The notes beneath the pieces are model-generated. The model searched no databases. It saw nothing but the letters and a program-made list of their open reading frames with translations, and had not been told where the DNA came from. Below, piece by piece: positions 39,688-52,647 of a stretch of DNA of 64,000 nucleotides. The position numbers and the translations under genes were made by a program. The stretch is taken from contig OZ024751.1 of the NCBI GenBank assembly GCA_964016885.1, positions 17,608,001 through 17,672,000 on the forward strand, in the 5' to 3' direction. The DNA is from Eledone cirrhosa (Eukaryota). Within the stretch, counting starts at the first letter, position 1; every line of letters begins with the position of its first letter.

Positions 39688-40675
39688 ATAGTATTCAGCA
39701 TGTTCACTGAAAATCTCAGAGTTAGACGATAGGCGAGAGATTCTAAGCGAAATAATACTACGGGGAACCGATTTGATCATGGAAAGTCGGTGGTTTGAGT
39801 TAAAATTGATATAGGTAAGGTTCTCATTTATCTTGTGGAAGGGTCCTATGTGTCCGGTATTTAAATTAAGAGTTACGTCTAGAAAATTTACTACTTTAAG
39901 ATTGTATTCGTACGTTATTTTTAGAACCAGTTCACTAAAATATTTTCTAATGTTTTTCCGTAGACTTTCAAGATTTTGGTTATTTAAGTTATTAACTAAA
40001 AAGAGCCCGTCATCTCTATATATTCCCTCCTGTAGATTACTAAATTTTCCATGTAGTATGTGGGCTATGTAAATTCCCACAAGATCGGTGACCTCCGCTG
40101 AGTCGTTGGAGCCCATGGTAATGTCGAAGTTTGTGGGTCTGTCCTTACGTTCCCAGTAGCAGTTATTAAACTTGATAATAGTTTTTTCTAGCCTCTAGAA
40201 TAATGTTTATTTCGTCCTCCGCTAGGTCGGAATTGACTTTGGCAAACGATAGGGCCTTACGTAGAGTGCTGGGTGAGATTGAAGAGTAGTATTCGTCTAT
40301 GTCAAATTGTGTAAACTTAGATTTATTTATGTTCTTAACGTTATTAAGCCAGCGAATTGCTTCGCTATTTAATTTCTATTTTCTTTTTCAATTGAGTTAT
40401 TACTCTGTCAAGTATATGTTTGCTAATTTTTCCTATGTCTGATTTAGAAGGGCATACAAGTCTAATCTTAGGGTTAGAGTAAAAATTTACCTTATGGTCC
40501 TTCAGGTTAAAGGCGGGGGTTGCGGGTATAATCGGCTCGGTTGAATCGTCTATCTTGATATTCTTCACCACATTGTATGCCTCGTTATTAATATTTGCTA
40601 GCGTAGTTTCACTTGTTTTTCTATATTTCTTGTGTAGTTCTTTGCCTATGAAGCTGTTGTATGTATCGATATCTA
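39688..40675 (-). pseudogene. PLE reverse transcriptase (frameshifted)
   Basis: LKDHK.NF..NPKIRLVCPSKSDIGKISK, QFDIDEYYSSI, FDITMGSNDSAEVTDLVG, GIYRDDGL, VNFLDVTLNL. Confidence 0.92.
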
Positions 40676-40801
40676 ATGTATCGATATCTAATAGTTATAA
40701 ATTTGCACATAGCATAACTAGGCTGTATAACCACCGTGGAAACATTTGTAAGCACACAGAATAAATTACCTTTTTATGATGTCTACCTGTTATTATTCAT
40801 T

Positions 40802-40865
<64 letters not shown>

Positions 40866-40904
40866 GAAAACACAGGTAAGCATTAAGAGAGGATTTTATC
40901 CAGG

Positions 40905-41006
40905 TATTTACGACCGTTTCATTGGTAAGTGCAACCTTATATTGCTATACTGTAAATAGCAGCCACTCAATTATAATTGTTGTTCACAGTCCAAATTTTC
41001 AAAATA
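40905..41006 (-). ncRNA. Hammerhead ribozyme, U3-A8 core variant
   Basis: Minus strand: tatt-TTGAAAA-tTTGG...CCAAt-GAAACGGTCGTA-aata, in a (TA)n-flanked element at 40861-41170. Confidence 0.55.
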
Positions 41007-41204
41007 GTGAGTAAGTTACTCTTGAAATAATTCTTAATATATAGAGAACAACATTTATTTGGAATTGTATTTTCTAGTATAGAGAGAGAGGAATCAGAAG
41101 GTGAGGGGACAGACGGAATAGTATAGAGGGAGGGGAAGGGGAAGAGGTAGGAAGTAGAGTGACAAAGTGAGATATATATATATATGTGTATATATATATG
41201 TATA

Positions 41205-41323
<119 letters not shown>

Positions 41324-41376
41324 GTATATATTTATATATATAATCGAATTTATTTATTTATATATATAATCGAATT

Positions 41377-41436
<60 letters not shown>

Positions 41437-41439
41437 CAT

Positions 41440-41700
41440 TAAATGTAATCTGAGTTTTTCGAATGTTAATAACATTCGATTCGTTTGCAATTATGCAAAC
41501 CAGCCTCAATTTTATAGCCATGTCAGTAGAATGAACCCTTCATTCTTGCTCTTGTGTTGGCATTCTACTGACATAGCTATAAAATTGAGACATGTTTGCA
41601 TAATCGCAAACGAATCGAATGTTATTATTAATATTCGAAAAACTCAGATTACATTTATTGTATTCAGCCATGTAGAGCAAAATTTTCTTTTTTGTTTATA
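41440..41700 (+). mobile_element. Fold-back (TA)n-flanked element
   Basis: Inverted arms 41440-41533/41561-41657 plus a short 3' extension; no intact HHR core seen. Confidence 0.7.
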
Positions 41701-42537
41701 TATATGCATGATATAGCAAAACTAAAATTAAAATCATCGAGATTTCGTTGTACATTAAAGAGCTCAGTGGAAATAATATGCGAAAGAAAACATCCATTTC
41801 AGAGCACACTTATGAAAGAAAATTGCAGAAACAATATTAGTTATATATTGAAATACATATGACGAGATACAAAATTAATCAGAATATAAAAATATTAATC
41901 ATATTACTTGTTCTACCTAAGTTATACCAATACAACTGTAGCGAATGTTAAAGAAATAAATCCAGCAATAACCATGGTTTAAATAAGCAAGGTAGTGTTG
42001 GTTAACTGAAACACTTAGATTCTCCTCAGTAGTCAATGTCTTTTTTTCTAGTTCAACAAAATATAATCTGCTCTTTATGAGACCAGTGGAATAACTGACT
42101 CACAACCGCTGTAAGATAGGAAAATCACAGCACGCTGGAATATAATACATGGTGTATTATAAAGCAAACTAGTAATCTATATGAAATATGAGGAAAAATA
42201 AAGAAACTAAGGAACGTTGCTTATATAAAGACGTACATGAATCTATATACTATATGCTTCCGTATTATAAACATACATTTAGTGTGTTGTATTTCAAGCC
42301 GTGATTTATCAGAGCTACCTCAGGAGTCGTGAGAGAGTGCTGTATACATGTATTTCATAACTATTATTCCTCGTTAGCATGCGCTTACTTACTCTGATAT
42401 GACGAGGTATAAAACAAAATTCAGAGTCTTATAGATTTTGTAAACACAGTATTTTTATTGAGAGTTTGTTTCAATAAATTGCAAGTTTGACAGAGTAGTT
42501 TCAATAAGTAATCGAATTTACAGTGCAGGATTTAAAA

Positions 42538-42824
42538 CAGTCATGGGCAACCTGCGGCCCACGAAGCTTTCTCAATGGCTCACCTCAGTCACCTAAGTGA
42601 AATCTTTCTGATTTTTTTACCCAAACTTTTCAGTCGTAATTTATCTTTCTATCATTTTTACGATCTAGGAAAATAACGTGTACGAATTCTGAAGAAACAA
42701 ATCAAAACAACCTGAGTTACCGCCCTTTTTATGTGGGCACGAATGTAAAGGAGCGCTTGCGGCCCACCTGATGATGAGCCATATCTCATACGGCTCGCTT
42801 CTCGAAAAAGGTTGCCCATGCTTG
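42538..42824. mobile_element. hAT MITE
   Basis: TIRs CAGTCATGGGCAACCT / AGGTTGCCCATGCTTG; 8-bp TSD atttaaaa/atttagaa. Confidence 0.8.
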
Positions 42825-43249
42825 ATTTAGAATGAAGTCTAATATGGACCCATATACATTATACGGGGAGTAATGATTAGGGTGCTGAACTCTTACTTGT
42901 ATGGTCGTGAGTTCGGATCCCGCAGAAAGCGGCAGATTTTTTCTTCTTTTTTTTTTTTCTTGAGCAAAACATTTTATTTTACATTCACCCAGCGGGTAAA
43001 AATGAGGTTTTTCTAGTTATGGTGTCATCTTGAATCTCCCTGAGAATTACGCTAAGAATGTACGTGTCTCTGGAATACTCAATCACTTGCACGTTGATTT
43101 CATAAGCAGACTGTTTCCGTGGATTGAATCAAGTGGAGCATTCGTCGTCGTTAATGACGGAGGTCCAACAACAACGACAAAATATACATTATATCCTTGA
43201 CATTACTTGCCGATGTAGGACATTCCTGAAGAGCTAAGCAAGAAATCAT

Positions 43250-43436
43250 TAATAATAGTTTCTACATTTTGCACAATGCCACCGATTATCCCACTGCATT
43301 ACTGGTGCTTTATTTCATTGACCCCGTAAGGATGAAAAGAAAAGTTAACCTCAGTGGATTTGAACTCAGAAAGTAAAGGGCCATAACTCTGTGCTGCAAA
43401 GCATGGCGTCTAACGCTCTACCGACACTGCCAAATC
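43250..43436 (-). mobile_element. SINE family A
   Basis: Body and head motifs. Confidence 0.8.
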
Positions 43437-44630
43437 TAATAATATATTATACTCATATGGACAACATACCATGGATATAAAGAGCTTGACCGACAAGCAA
43501 ACATTCTCATTAACCAACTCTGTATGGTGATGGGGTGTCGTTGCTCGGCTGACCTTCCAAACGCTATGTAGACCCGTGGCGGATAAGGTGATCGATACGA
43601 ATTCGAACAAACCCAGTGCTAATTATGAGTTTCACTACATCTACAGATCGTAGATAACTAGTGAGAAGTAAGTATATAGTATATTCATGAACAAAGTGGC
43701 TGTAATTCACTTAGTCATAAAAAAGAAAACGGTGCGAACCACGAGGGAAATCCGTCATAGTATTTACTATTGTTAATACTGACAAATCTTTTGTTAGCTT
43801 GCAGCAGCTGTGTTGAATCTATGTCGTCAAGGAGGCGGTTTATGGGAGAAAATAAGCACAACTAATAATAGTATTATTATACAAGCGACGAAAAGGAGAA
43901 CAAAAAAAAAAAAAATAATAAATATATACATATACGCCAAAAAATATATTTTACCGTGACAAATACTTTTGGAGTTATAGAGAAATATCAATTACATTAT
44001 GAGCCGTCAGAGTGTATTAAAATGATTTTTAAGAATGGAATAAGCAGGCGACCAAAGAATAAATCAAATAAGCAGTTAGAAAAAAATGGAAGGCAAAACG
44101 AAAAATAAATAAAAACATTGAATAAGACGACATTTATATCCAAACATTGAAACAAAATAACTAAATAAACACATGACAAAAATAAAAGGAAAAGAAGAAA
44201 ACAAAACGAAGAAGCAAGTAGACTGACAAGAAAAAATAGCAAACTCAAAATTGCAGACGATATATAAAACATATGAATAAACGCAAACGACACATAGGAT
44301 AGACTAAGTAAATGACAACGATAAGTTGTACAAAATTCAACAACAACGATGACAACACTACCAACACCACCAACACCACCAACACCACCACTACCATCGC
44401 CAACAACAATAACGACGACAATAACAACAGCATTGATAACACTACCGACAACACAAAAAAAAAACAAGAAAACAACAACATGAAAGAATTTAAAGAAAAA
44501 AGAGAATGAAATACGCTGCGGATTAATTAATTGGGTGTGAAGTGTTATATGCATGAGAAACAGAGTTAACTGCATTGCTTATAAACATAGTGCAACTCCT
44601 TAAGTGTCACCAGAAGTCTTTGACCCACGA

Positions 44631-44674
44631 GTCACAAGTCACAAGTCACAAGTCACAAGTCACAAGTCACAAGT
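44631..44674. repeat. (GTCACAA)n heptamer repeat
   Basis: Six units. Confidence 0.9.
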
Positions 44675-45689
44675 CTAAAATTTACCATTCTTATCCACTC
44701 AAATATTACAATTTCCAACCAACAATGGCGCATATATTATTGGTTCCCAACCTTTTTTGTCTCTAAATGACCCCTTTTATTTAAATTAATTTTCACACGA
44801 AAGACCCAATCACACTACAATTAACAATTACTCCCCTCCCAGATTGTTATACTGTGATAATAACAATCAAAAGCTGAGCAGGGTTTACACTTAGAGAAGA
44901 ATGGACAACATATATCTTTATAATGTTTTTTATAACAAAGTACTTGGAAGTTGAACTTAGCTCACGAAACCCCCAGTACTACCTATGCAAACTCCAGATT
45001 GGAAACTATTGGTATATACAGCATGTTCCGAAAAATATGCATACTTTTTAAATGATAATAAATGCACTGTTTAGAGAGTTAAAAAGGCGTAAAAATGTGA
45101 GTAGAGTTTTTAGGAAACCCTATATATAGTTCAAGATTTAAACCACCCAAATACAATTATACATATTTTTATTAGTTTCACGCTTGTGGAAAAAAGCAAA
45201 AGAGATTGACTAAACATAACAGAAATTCGTCTTTCCTCAAGAAAGAGTAGTTAGGACAGAAAGGGGGATGGAAGGTTGAAGGAACTGACAACGTATATGA
45301 GGATACGTGAACATAAAGAAAAGTGACCCTAAATCATATATTTGATTACATCGCCAAAAATAAGCTGGATCGACCATTTAATGAATTTTCTACATTCTGT
45401 ACGACTATTATGGCATTTCTATAGCGATAGCTATAAGATAAGGACCCAATAATATCTGAAATGTATAAAGATAATCTTTTGTTTTACAGGAAAATAGTGT
45501 GAGATGTGTACGTTTGACACATATCTTTTCTCAACGATGGCGTCGAATTGAAAATGTTTAGGTATCTCTATCTGAGGTTTACCTTTAAATCATCAATATA
45601 CACACCTAAATATACAACTACACAACCACACTACCACACACACACATACATTACCACACACACACACACACACACATATTTATTTGTTT

Positions 45690-45907
45690 TTGTTGATCGA
45701 CTTTCGTCAAATCGGACCGAGGAAACAATGTTTCCGTTGGTCTTTCTGGTTGCTAATACTATCTATCGGTCGCAACTCCAAGTAAAAGAGCAACGTGAAA
45801 TAAAGTGTCTTGCTCAAGGACATAACGCATCGCCCGGTCCAGGAGTGGAACTGACAACCTCACCATTGCGCGAATCCAGTTCTCTAACCAATCAACCACA
45901 CGCCTTC
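45690..45907 (-). mobile_element. SINE family B, extended-tail subfamily
   Basis: Reverse complement of 37240-37460. Confidence 0.8.
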
Positions 45908-45910
45908 ATC

Positions 45911-45952
<42 letters not shown>

Positions 45953-46022
45953 CAGCCAAATAGCTGGATGGAGGGATAGACTGAGAGACAGAAAGAAATA
46001 TATATATATGTGTGTATTTATA

Positions 46023-46104
<82 letters not shown>

Positions 46105-46126
46105 CATATATATATATATATATATT

Positions 46127-46196
<70 letters not shown>

Positions 46197-46225
46197 CATA
46201 TATACATATATATAAATACACACAC

Positions 46226-46256
<31 letters not shown>

Positions 46257-46459
46257 CATATGTACATATATATATATATACATATATATTTACATATATA
46301 CATATGTACATACATATATATATATATATATATATACATATATATTTACATATATACATATGTATATATACATATATATATATACATATATACATATATA
46401 TACATATACATATATATATACATATATACATATATACATATATATACATATACATATAC

Positions 46460-46499
<40 letters not shown>

Positions 46500-46951
46500 G
46501 GGGGGAGGGAGAGACAGACAGGCAGGCAGATAAATAGATGAAAAGATTGAAGAGGGACAACAAAACAAAATGGTGGATTGATGGAACGAAAGAATGATGG
46601 AATGAGAGAATAAATCGGTCATCTGACCGTGATTGTTACTCAGCACTTTGATCAACATAAACCACAAAAGCCACGTTTGGAACCACTTAACTTAATTAGC
46701 TAACCAACAACAGTTTCTCTTCTTTTCCTGACAGGAGAGTTCAGTTTTCTTGGCTTATGGAGTTGGATGTGTGGGCGGCGGTGTTTACATGTATGTGCTT
46801 GTGTGTGTATGCGTGGGGAGACTGAGAGAGAGAGGGGGATGTGTGTATGTGTGTGTGTGTGTAGATGTGCGTGTATGTATGAATATGTATCACCCTCTCT
46901 CATTCTATTTATTTATATACGTATATAAATATATACGTGTTTGTGTTATCT

Positions 46952-46991
<40 letters not shown>

Positions 46992-47038
46992 GCATATATG
47001 TGTGTGTGTGAATATGTACAGCTCTGTTTCTCTCTCTT

Positions 47039-47071
<33 letters not shown>

Positions 47072-47108
47072 ATGTGTGTGTGCGTGTGTACATATATATG
47101 TATGTATG

Positions 47109-47192
<84 letters not shown>

Positions 47193-47514
47193 TATATATA
47201 TATTCATATATATATATATATATATATATATTCATTTATATATATATGTGTGTGTGTATGTGTGTGTTCATGTGTATTTGTATGTGTACATGTGAGTGGA
47301 AATGTATTTGTGTGTGGTTGAACTGGGTTGTATTTATGTGTTTGTATGTTGTATGTAAAATGCATTTGAGTTTGAATTATGTATATATAACTGAACACTG
47401 TAACCATGGAGATGTCAAACTGTCTGTCTGTATGTCTATTTTTTTCTGTCTACCTATTTATTTGTTTATTTATTTAATTATCTCTATGTGCATTTGTGTG
47501 TGTGTGTATATATA

Positions 47515-48223
47515 TATAAATTAATATGTATGTGATGAAACACAGATACCAACACATCTGTATATATATTGCGAAAGAAAAATTTAGCCAGATTGAAGTA
47601 TACTAATTATTATACTACAGTTTGTCCATATCGATTTAAAATAATAAATCAACGGAGACGAACTGTGTTGGCAAAAGGCCGTGATGTTTAGACACATTTA
47701 AATTTCAAAATCAAACCTGTTCCGTAGATAAGTTTAGACTTTAAGGTCCAAATATGTTTCGAGTTAAATAAGTGTAGGAATATCATGTCCCGCTCTCCTC
47801 AGTAAACATCCAGAGACAAATTGATATGCTTCACTTCTAAATAATTTAAAAGACTGCGTGGCGCACATGGCTTTACAGTATCTAACTAGTCTCATAACCG
47901 TACTGCTAGAAATAACAGTCGTGTATATGAGGCGGCTTTGCAGCTCAAACTAGGAGCAGATTAAAATTAATAAGGTAATGAATTCTTTTACAATGGAATC
48001 AGCTCGAATGAGGAAAAAATATCCCCTGAGCAGTGTATAAATTAATATGTATGTGATGAAACACAGATACCAACACATCTGTATATATATTGCGAAAGAA
48101 AAATTTAGCCAGATTGAAAGTATACTAATATATATACAGATGTGTTGGTATCTGTGTTTCATCACATACATATTAATTTATACACTGCTCAGGGGATATT
48201 TTTTCCTCATTCGAGCTGATTCC

Positions 48224-48226
<3 letters not shown>
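47515..48226 (-). mobile_element. Retrozyme-like element R2: 521-bp monomer, terminal direct repeat and 5' inversion
   Basis: 47515-47607 repeats at 48036-48129, and 48129-48226 is the reverse complement of 47992-48089. Internal HHR, (TA)n flanks. Confidence 0.8.
47732..47807 (-). ncRNA. Type-I hammerhead ribozyme
   Basis: Minus strand: gttta-CTGAGGA-GAG...CTC-GAAAC-atatttggaccttaaa-GTC-taaac. Confidence 0.75.
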
Positions 48227-48273
<47 letters not shown>

Positions 48274-48408
48274 AAAGAACAAAGAGAGCGTAATAAGATA
48301 CTAGGTGGACCTATATATATATATATATATGTGTATGTATATATCATTACTACAACAGAGGCCGACGATCTTTTGATTCCAGAGTCAGGCCAGATTGATA
48401 TATATCGA

Positions 48409-48458
<50 letters not shown>

Positions 48459-48462
<4 letters not shown>

Positions 48463-48752
48463 ATAATAATAAATTTGAAGACTAAAATCCAAAGAGGGCT
48501 CGATAAGGATAAATATATATCAGATATATAAGAACCGTAGAGTAAATAATGACGTATTATATTCGTTTTTTCCCGTTCTTTGCCAGGGAACGTTTCCACG
48601 AACCAAAGTATCGTCTTCCTGTCTTCCTCCGGTTGCAACGTTTTTTGAAATATTCACTTCTGCGTTTACAGATTGACTTTGTTAGTTTCAGAAGATCCCG
48701 TAAAGGCTGAAAGCAGCGATTCTTTGCTTAAACTTTAATCTGTTATTTTAAT
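48459..48752. mobile_element. (TA)n-embedded repeat family D
   Basis: Both ends are shared with the internally deleted copy at 60340-60477. The right end also occurs inverted at ~25002-25118. Confidence 0.7.
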
Positions 48753-48764
48753 AAATATATATAT

Positions 48765-48853
<89 letters not shown>

Positions 48854-49115
48854 GTATGCACCGCATGTTTGAATATTGAGGTAAACATAAAATAAATATG
48901 TCTGCATTTTTTTTATTAATGTTGTAGCCGTTAACTCCGAGAAGAATAAGCTGTCAAATGTAAACAATTTCCACTGTTCCTCTGACCATAGAAAAGCACA
49001 AAATATATTTTGCTCGCATTTCAAGTGGTTTTCCCACTCATTAGAGTACTTCTATGTATATGATTCATTGTGATATTCCTGTATAAACACTATATATATT
49101 ATATATGCTATACAG

Positions 49116-49647
49116 CAGCGGTTGCCAATTTTTCGGACCTCACGGACCACAAGATTCATAATTTTAAATCCCGCGGACCACTAATATCAATTAATGGTCA
49201 ATGGACGAAACAATACTGAAGTGTACGAGTGTCATATTGTCGATAGATGATACATATATGTAAAATTCTTTCATGGATGGATGTTAGTTCTTTACTGTGG
49301 AGAAACATTTTTAGCGGGGTTATAATATATATTTTAACAAAATATTATTTTTGTTTTAAAATAGAAATAGATGCTTTCGCCGTATTTTTGACTCAAGAAA
49401 TTTTACACTGATAGCGGAGTTTAGAACCCTCTAAAAAATGGAAAAAGATGAGTATTAGAGGGTTCTAACCCGACTATCGGGCTAAAATTTCTTTAGTCAA
49501 ATATACGGCGAAGGTTTCTATTTCTATTTTCAAACTCGCTCGCTGTTTCAAAACAGACTTAGCCGTTATTTTTGTTATTTTTAAGAAGACATAACATTTT
49601 CAAATAATGCCCAGAGTTTTTTGCGGACCACTGGTTTGCGACAGCTG
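49116..49647. mobile_element. hAT MITE containing an internal ~175-bp palindrome (49357-49530)
   Basis: TIRs CAGCGGTTGCCAA / TTGCGACAGCTG; 8-bp TSD ctatacag/ctatactg. Confidence 0.7.
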
Positions 49648-50309
49648 CTATACTGGACACAAAATTACCTGAAATTATCAATACACGTAATTTGCTATAT
49701 ATTTGCAGCAAAAAAATGCAAAACAACTTTTGAACGAAGTGGGTCTCGTGTACTTTCTTTAAACTAGTAACCAGTGGTGTTATAAACGATATATATCACT
49801 GCTTGAAGGCTAGGGGATTGGCAAATACACATAAACACACACACACATAGGTACATACATGCATAATTGGTAGAACATCGGATATTTTAGCTCTTTGGTA
49901 TTGTTCAGGCTCTTTACATTCTGGGTTCAAATCCCAATGGGGTCAGCATTGCCTTTCATCCTTCTGGGTTCGATAAAATAAAGGCCTACTCTAGTGTTCT
50001 CGTTGATTTCAATATCTATACCCTTCAGGGCATTTTGCCACAATTAAAATCGATATATATTAGTGATTCGTAAAGATACGATCCTCTGTGTGTTTAGGTA
50101 GTAGTATTTCCACAGCTGAATGTTCAGATGTGAGCCGTGCCATTGTGTATTTCTGACTCTAGGTTGTCATCTGGATGTGATATTATCCAGGCAGGAATAG
50201 TTGACCTTAACGTTATTAGTGTTGAAAAGGTTAGTGTATTAGTATTGACAATGCAGTTATTGATACACAAATGATCGGAATGCCTTTGATCAAAATGTTG
50301 AGCTAATCA

Positions 50310-51471
50310 ACAGACAACAATAACAAATTTCCCAATAACTAGAAACAACAAGAACTACAATAACAACAATAACAACAACAACAAAAAACAACAACAGCCA
50401 TTGTATAGAAGAAAAACAGCTGCAACAACAAATATAATCATCAATGCGAACAGCAACAAATAGACCAATCAGTAATGACTATAGACATATCCAAAACCTT
50501 CATAAAAACCAGCAACAATAACACAGCTACCATCATAGGAGCAATATCAACTGTAACATCATCCTCATCAATATAACAATAGCAACAACAAAACAACATT
50601 AACACTGCAATAATAGTAACAACAACATCATCAAAACAGCAATATCAAAGCCAATTGAAGAAGCATTAACAATAACTACGTTGACTTCAAAATCACTAAC
50701 AATAAATACGATTAAAAACACACAAAAGTAACATCACCGACGACAATAATAAGAGCAACATAAACTAGCTTACTAACAATTACAGCAGCACAAACATCGC
50801 CAATACAACGACATCAACAACAAGGACAACAACATCACAACAGTAACCTCGTTAATAATGAGAAGAACGACAAGAACAACAACAACAATAAAAGCAACAA
50901 CATCACAACAGTAGCAACATCAACAATAGTAAGGACAACATGAACAACAACATCAAAACAGTAGCAACATCAACAATAGTAAGGACAACATGAACAACAA
51001 CATCACAACAGTAGACACATCAATAATAGTAAAGACAACAACTATAACAACAACATCACAACAGTAGACACATCAACAATAGTAAGGACAACATGAACAA
51101 CAACATCACAACAGTAGCCACATCAACAATAGTAAGGACAACAACAACAACAACATCACAACAGTAGCCACATCAACAATAGTAAGGACAACAACAACAA
51201 CAACATCACAACATTAGCCACATCAACAATAGTAAGGACAACAACAACAACATCGCAACAGTAACACCATCAACAACAACAGTAACATCACAACAGTAAC
51301 ACTAACAACAACAACAGTAACATCACAACAGTAACATCACAACAGTAACCGCAACAACAACAACAGTAACATCACAACAGTAACAACAACAACAGTAACA
51401 TCACAACAGTAACAACAACAGTAACATCACAACAGTAACACCAACAACAACAACAGTAACATCACAACAGT

Positions 51472-51520
<49 letters not shown>

Positions 51521-52030
51521 GTAACATCACAACAGTAACGCTAACAACAACAACAGTAACATCACAACAGTAGACACATCAATAATAGTAAAGACAACAA
51601 CTATAACAACAACATCACAACAGTAGACACATCAACAATAGTAAGGACAACATGAACAACAACATCACAACAGTAGCCACATCAACAATAGTAAGGACAA
51701 CAACAACAACAACATCACAACAGTAGCCACATCAACAATAGTAAGGACAACAACAACAACAACATCACAACATTAGCCACATCAACAATAGTAAGGACAA
51801 CAACAACAACATCGCAACAGTAACACCATCAACAACAACAGTAACATCACAACAGTAACACTAACAACAACAACAGTAACATCACAACAGTAACATCACA
51901 ACAGTAACCGCAACAACAACAACAGTAACATCACAACAGTAACAACAACAACAGTAACATCACAACAGTAACAACAACAGTAACATCACAACAGTAACAC
52001 CAACAACAACAACAGTAACATCACAACAGT

Positions 52031-52094
<64 letters not shown>

Positions 52095-52604
52095 GTAACA
52101 TCACAACAGTAACGCTAACAACAACAACAGTAACATCACAACAGTAGACACATCAATAATAGTAAAGACAACAACTATAACAACAACATCACAACAGTAG
52201 ACACATCAGCAATAGTAAGGACAACATGAACAACAACATCACAACAGTAGCCACATCAACAATAGTAAGGACAACAACAACAACAACATCACAACAGTAG
52301 CCACATCAACAATAGTAAGGACAACAACAACAACAACATCACAACATTAGCCACATCAACAATAGTAAGGACAACAACAACAACATCGCAACAGTAACAC
52401 CATCAACAACAACAGTAACATCACAACAGTAACACTAACAACAACAACAGTAACATCACAACAGTAACATCACAACAGTAACCGCAACAACAACAACAGT
52501 AACATCACAACAGTAACAACAACAACAGTAACATCAAAACAGTAACAACAACAGTAACATCACAACAGTAACACCAACAACAACAACAGTAACATCACAA
52601 CAGT

Positions 52605-52647
<43 letters not shown>

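Larger units (their letters stand above)
37700..40807 (-). mobile_element. Penelope-like retroelement (Naiad-like), 5' truncated with an inverted partial pLTR, inserted in (TA)n
   Basis: RT and GIY-YIG remnants, 3' HHR, 40690-40807 is the reverse complement of 37845-37962, (TA)n on both sides. Confidence 0.92.
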
